Below, piece after piece: positions 61,701 to 64,000 of a stretch of 64,000 nucleotides of DNA. Below the pieces are notes generated by a model. It did not search any database and was not told the DNA's origin. It worked only from the letters and a program-made list of their open reading frames with translations. The number at the start of each line of letters is the position of its first letter. Positions within the stretch are counted from its first letter, which is position 1. The stretch spans positions 21,638,001 to 21,702,000 of the forward strand of contig OX597829.1 of assembly GCA_951406725.2 (NCBI GenBank). The letters run 5' to 3'. This DNA is from Octopus vulgaris (taxonomy: Eukaryota). The position numbers and the translations under genes were made by a program.

Positions 61701-62926
61701 CACGATCTGGTGACCCCAAACTCTAATTTCTTTTTTTTTTTTTACTAGTCAACCAATTTTAGTTGGGGATACTATGAGGTCCCACAGTGTTTTCTTATTT
61801 CTTTATTGCCCACAAGGAGCTAAACATAGAGGGGACAAACAAGGACAGACAAAGGGATTAAATCAATTACATCGACCCCAGTGCATAACTGGCATTTAAT
61901 TTATCGACCCTGAAAGGATGAAGGGCAAAGTCGACCTCGGTGGAATTTGAACTCAGAACATAGCGGCAGACGAAATACTGCTAAGCATTTAACCAGGCAT
62001 GCTAACGTTTCTGCCACAGTGTTTTCAAGTAGCTAAAGTGCATTGATGAATTGCCAGTTCCATCAAATGGCATTAATCCACTAACTGGATTGGTTGATCC
62101 AAGACTGACCATTGGCTGAAGAGGTTCTTCTGTCCAGGCTGTGTCATGTAGTTTGACTGAATGAAAATCATATGTTGAATGCAGATCAATATGCCCAACT
62201 TCACATCTGCCATACTGCTTCTCATGACATTATCATGACCCTGGCTCAGGGATTTTTCATCACTGAGGTTAACTTTTTTATATACACATTTTTGACTATT
62301 TACACATTTCATGATTGAGATTAACTCTTCTATATACCCATTATTTGAGATTCTTGGCCCTTTGATGAGTATTGCTTTGCATTCTGCAGGGTGTCCAAAT
62401 CACCCTTCTAACCAAGTAAACTTGTTGGGGGTTGCCAGTTTAGTTATTGACAGCCTGACTATGTGACAGGCTGTACTGGGTTACATGCTACAAGTAGCAC
62501 TTGAGAATGACCCTGCATAACTCTAATCATCAATGCAAAATTTTTAAAGCAAGAATATGTTAAAAGCATGAACTTACTTGACATCACTTGCTGTTTCCGT
62601 TTCACCTCATTGTCATCTGTCTGTTTTGTGTTAAGTTGCTCATGCACTTGATTGCATTCTCTCCTCACAGCATGCAGCTTCTGTTGCAGCTCATGCACTT
62701 CAATTTGACTGCTGCAGAACACATCGTTGTAACATAAAGTCATATTCATAGTATGAAGAATAATAAACGTTTTTATTGTGGTTGTTATTATTATTATTAT
62801 TGTGTCTCTTTCTCTGTCCATCATTGCTACTCAATTAGGTAACTGAGTGAACATCTATGCATAACCCCTCCCCTAAATTTCAGGCCTCATACCTATAGTA
62901 GAAAGGATTGTTGTTGTTGTTATTGT

Positions 62927-62976
<50 letters not shown>

Positions 62977-63701
62977 TTACTATTATTATTACTATTATTA
63001 TTATCTGAAGGTAGCAAGCTGGCATGCTAGACAAAACACTTGGCAGTATTTCGTTTGTTATCATGTTCTAAGTTCAAATTCTTCTAAGGTCAGTTTTGCT
63101 TTTTTCATCCTTTTTGCAGGTTGACAAAATAAGTGCCAGTTGAGAACTGGGAGTCAATGTAAATCAACTAGTTCTTTCCCACCAAAATTTCAGGTGTTGT
63201 GCCTATTGTAGACATGACTGTTATTATTATTGTTATTATTATTAAGGCAGTGAGCTGGCAAAATTGTTAGAACGCTGGATGACATGCTTAGCAGTATTTC
63301 ACCCGTTGCTACATTCAAAGTCCAAATTCCACCGAGGTCAACTTTACCTTTCATCCCCTTTGGGGATAATAAATTAAATACCAGTTGAGTACTGGGGTCA
63401 ATGTAATTGACTACACCCCATCCCAAATTTCAAGCCTGTACCTATAATAGAAAGGATTATTGTTATTAATATTTTTTTTTCTCTGTTACTTGATATGTTT
63501 TTAATGCTAGTGTGCTGTTAAATAAACACCTAACAAAGATATCCTCATTGCAATATCATCTCATATTGTCATTGCTTTGTATGTTATGTATTTATTCACC
63601 TAGTTATCTAAAAGCTGACTTACTTCTGAAGTAAATTCTCCATATGTTGTTCCTTTTTCCTTAGCTGGCAGTTCAGTTCTTCAACCATATTCTTCATATT
63701 T
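40487..63701 (-). CDS. LEKR1: LEKR1-like coiled-coil protein (leucine-, glutamate- and lysine-rich), spliced, 5'-partial; 10 exons listed separately
   Basis: The 10 exons join in frame (1291 nt, phase-2 start). L/E/K-rich heptads. LQKTVHDECKERLELTESLTAARTELLQL resembles LEKR1 LQETVRRECEERFELTEALSQAREQLLEL (recalled), and the protein ends EDRRRFLALL. Confidence 0.8.
41870..42478 (-). mobile_element. RTE 3' fragment (EEMTRDRDLWKYAV plus 3' UTR) nested in a SINE
   Basis: Matches 4530-4600 and the hairpin-array tail. Confidence 0.8.
43098..43402. repeat. 22-bp minisatellite with 44-bp higher-order unit
   Basis: Alternating ATGGTCAATTGGTGATTTATCA / AAGGTCACTTGGTGGTTTATTA. Confidence 0.92.
43483..43591 (-). 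CDS. LEKR1: LEKR1-like exon (ILNLQKTVHDECKERLELTESL...)
   Basis: cattag| acceptor, |gtatgt donor, phase 0-1. Confidence 0.88.
45059..45361 (-). mobile_element. tRNA-derived SINE with 10-bp target-site duplication
   Basis: Head tggaggcacaatggcccagtggttaggg on -; aggatattaa at 45049 and 45362. Confidence 0.75.
47065..47198 (-). CDS. LEKR1: LEKR1-like exon (NSDKAGEEE...LEEANCQ)
   Basis: ttttaaag| acceptor, |gtaata donor, phase 1-0. Confidence 0.8.
47668..48080 (+). mobile_element. RTE 3' tail copy
   Basis: Hairpin-array units plus (GAT)n. Confidence 0.85.
49068..49540 (-). mobile_element. RTE 3' tail copy, inverted relative to 47668-48080
   Basis: Reverse complement of the same tail. Confidence 0.85.
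50570..50735 (-). CDS. LEKR1: LEKR1-like exon (AKKQVASAVQ...IKDLEKRI)
   Basis: ttccag| acceptor, |gttagt donor, phase 0-1. Confidence 0.82.
51146..51684. mobile_element. Non-autonomous piggyBac-like element next to a MITE (50918-51145)
   Basis: ttaaacccttgac ... gtcaaagggttaa ends. Confidence 0.6.
51770..52135 (-). mobile_element. Degenerate R4/Dong-like (RLE-type) LINE fragment
   Basis: On -: KWLRATDLKPETESLIIAAQDKSL...LVKTEY, the region before the CCHC/RLE domain. Confidence 0.65.
52748..52825 (-). CDS. LEKR1: LEKR1-like exon (SLEIEKQKYQKLLDKYQEDKLNAEEI)
   Basis: tttggcag| acceptor, |gtaagt donor, phase 0-0. Confidence 0.85.
53020..53165 (+). mobile_element. RTE reverse-transcriptase fragment
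   Basis: LQAIT.EFKTGC.*EFLHADDLVNIVES (YADD motif, decayed). Confidence 0.65.
54979..55065 (-). CDS. LEKR1: LEKR1-like exon (LETLLQKERNNHILEIEKLKEEMSESFHM)
   Basis: ctttccag| acceptor, |gtatgc donor, phase 0-0. Confidence 0.85.
55671..55869. repeat. Compound microsatellite (TAG)n-(GGT)n-(TAG)n-(GGA)n
   Basis: Read directly from the sequence. Confidence 0.95.
56295..56920 (-). mobile_element. CORE-like SINE with an RTE-tail copy (56518-56720, +) inserted in its microsatellite
   Basis: SINE halves flank the inserted tail. Confidence 0.8.
56978..57071 (-). CDS. LEKR1: LEKR1-like exon (DTTTSAHQDQILQLKNSFRQKLEEF...)
   Basis: aaacag| acceptor after a pyrimidine tract, |gtaaat donor, phase 2-0. 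Confidence 0.82.
58259..58628 (-). mobile_element. 5'-truncated R4/Dong-like LINE: RLE-domain C-terminus plus 3' UTR, within (TAA)n
   Basis: Stop-free frame KLCWIIDIACPADNKVCDKEERKVERY...VVPIIVGTLG...TALLGNAQILWKVLEK* (stop 58340-58342); (ATT)n on both sides. Confidence 0.82.
58895..59105. mobile_element. Tc1/mariner-type MITE
   Basis: TA|cagggtgcggcagaaacatctcccac ... gtgggaggtatttctgccacaccttg|TA. Confidence 0.8.
59295..59364 (-). CDS. LEKR1: LEKR1-like exon (LVEQLRDSEKKLRSEIESLKKE)
   Basis: tttcag| acceptor, |gtaaga donor, phase 1-2. Confidence 0.83.
59410..60365. mobile_element. RTE tail (+) with an antisense RTE tail (about 59709-60250) inserted; the insert carries a tandem array of ~57-bp units
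   Basis: Host breaks at aagggcatc and resumes at gctgtagaaactctgccag; the ORF track shows 19-aa periodicity. Confidence 0.85.
60575..60970 (-). mobile_element. CORE-like SINE
   Basis: Reverse complement of 15198-15640. Confidence 0.85.
62578..62711 (-). CDS. LEKR1: LEKR1-like exon (SQIEVHELQQKLHAVRRECNQ...)
   Basis: ctgCAGCAG tandem acceptor, |gtaagt donor, phase 2-1. Confidence 0.82.
63624..63701 (-). CDS. LEKR1: LEKR1-like exon (NMKNMVEELNCQLRKKEQHMENLLQ)
   Basis: ttctgtag| acceptor, |gtaagt donor, phase 2-2. Confidence 0.8.
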
Positions 63702-64000
63702 CTACAGAAACAAAATTAATTGGAATGGTTCACTTATAAATGGCTCGTTAACACTTATGGGCACACCACATAATTTTTATCATATATCATCATCATTAAC
63801 ATTGTCACCATTGTCGCTATTATCTTTATTGCTTTTACTGTTGTCATTGTATCATTATCACTATTTTATTAATAATGTATTCTAGATTTTGCAAACTCAA
63901 AACTCCTTTGCATGGCACCTTAGGAAAGAATAACCTGAGCTATCTAAAAGCCTTGTGAATTAATTTGGTAGATAGAAATTGAAAGAATCCCATTGTGTTT

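Overview
AT-rich, intron-rich animal genomic DNA packed with SINEs, LINE fragments and MITEs. The repeat families resemble those I recall from octopus (coleoid cephalopod) genomes; this is an inference. Two convergent, 5'-incomplete genes were rebuilt by hand, using GT-AG junctions and consistent intron phases. (1) Synergin gamma (SYNRG/AP1GBP1), + strand, 15 exons at 1094-39344, about 1275 aa. It has an EH domain, many acidic F/W-x-x-F gamma-adaptin-ear-binding motifs and the conserved Cys-rich C-terminus. (2) A LEKR1-like coiled-coil gene, - strand, 10 exons at 63701-40487, about 430 aa. The two stop codons are only about 1.14 kb apart. Introns hold RTE-type LINE fragments and many copies of their hairpin-array 3' tail, R4/Dong-type fragments (one inside a (TAA)n tract), a deleted piggyBac, piggyBac-, Tc1/mariner- and hAT-type MITEs, several tRNA-derived SINE families and minisatellites. 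Most ORFs in the track are repeat or microsatellite artefacts. I found no convincing new biological system. The best leads are the nested and inverted repeat structures (possible dsRNA, ADAR or circRNA substrates), the variable hairpin array in the RTE tail, a tRNA-like foldback and a motif-rich 22/44-bp minisatellite.
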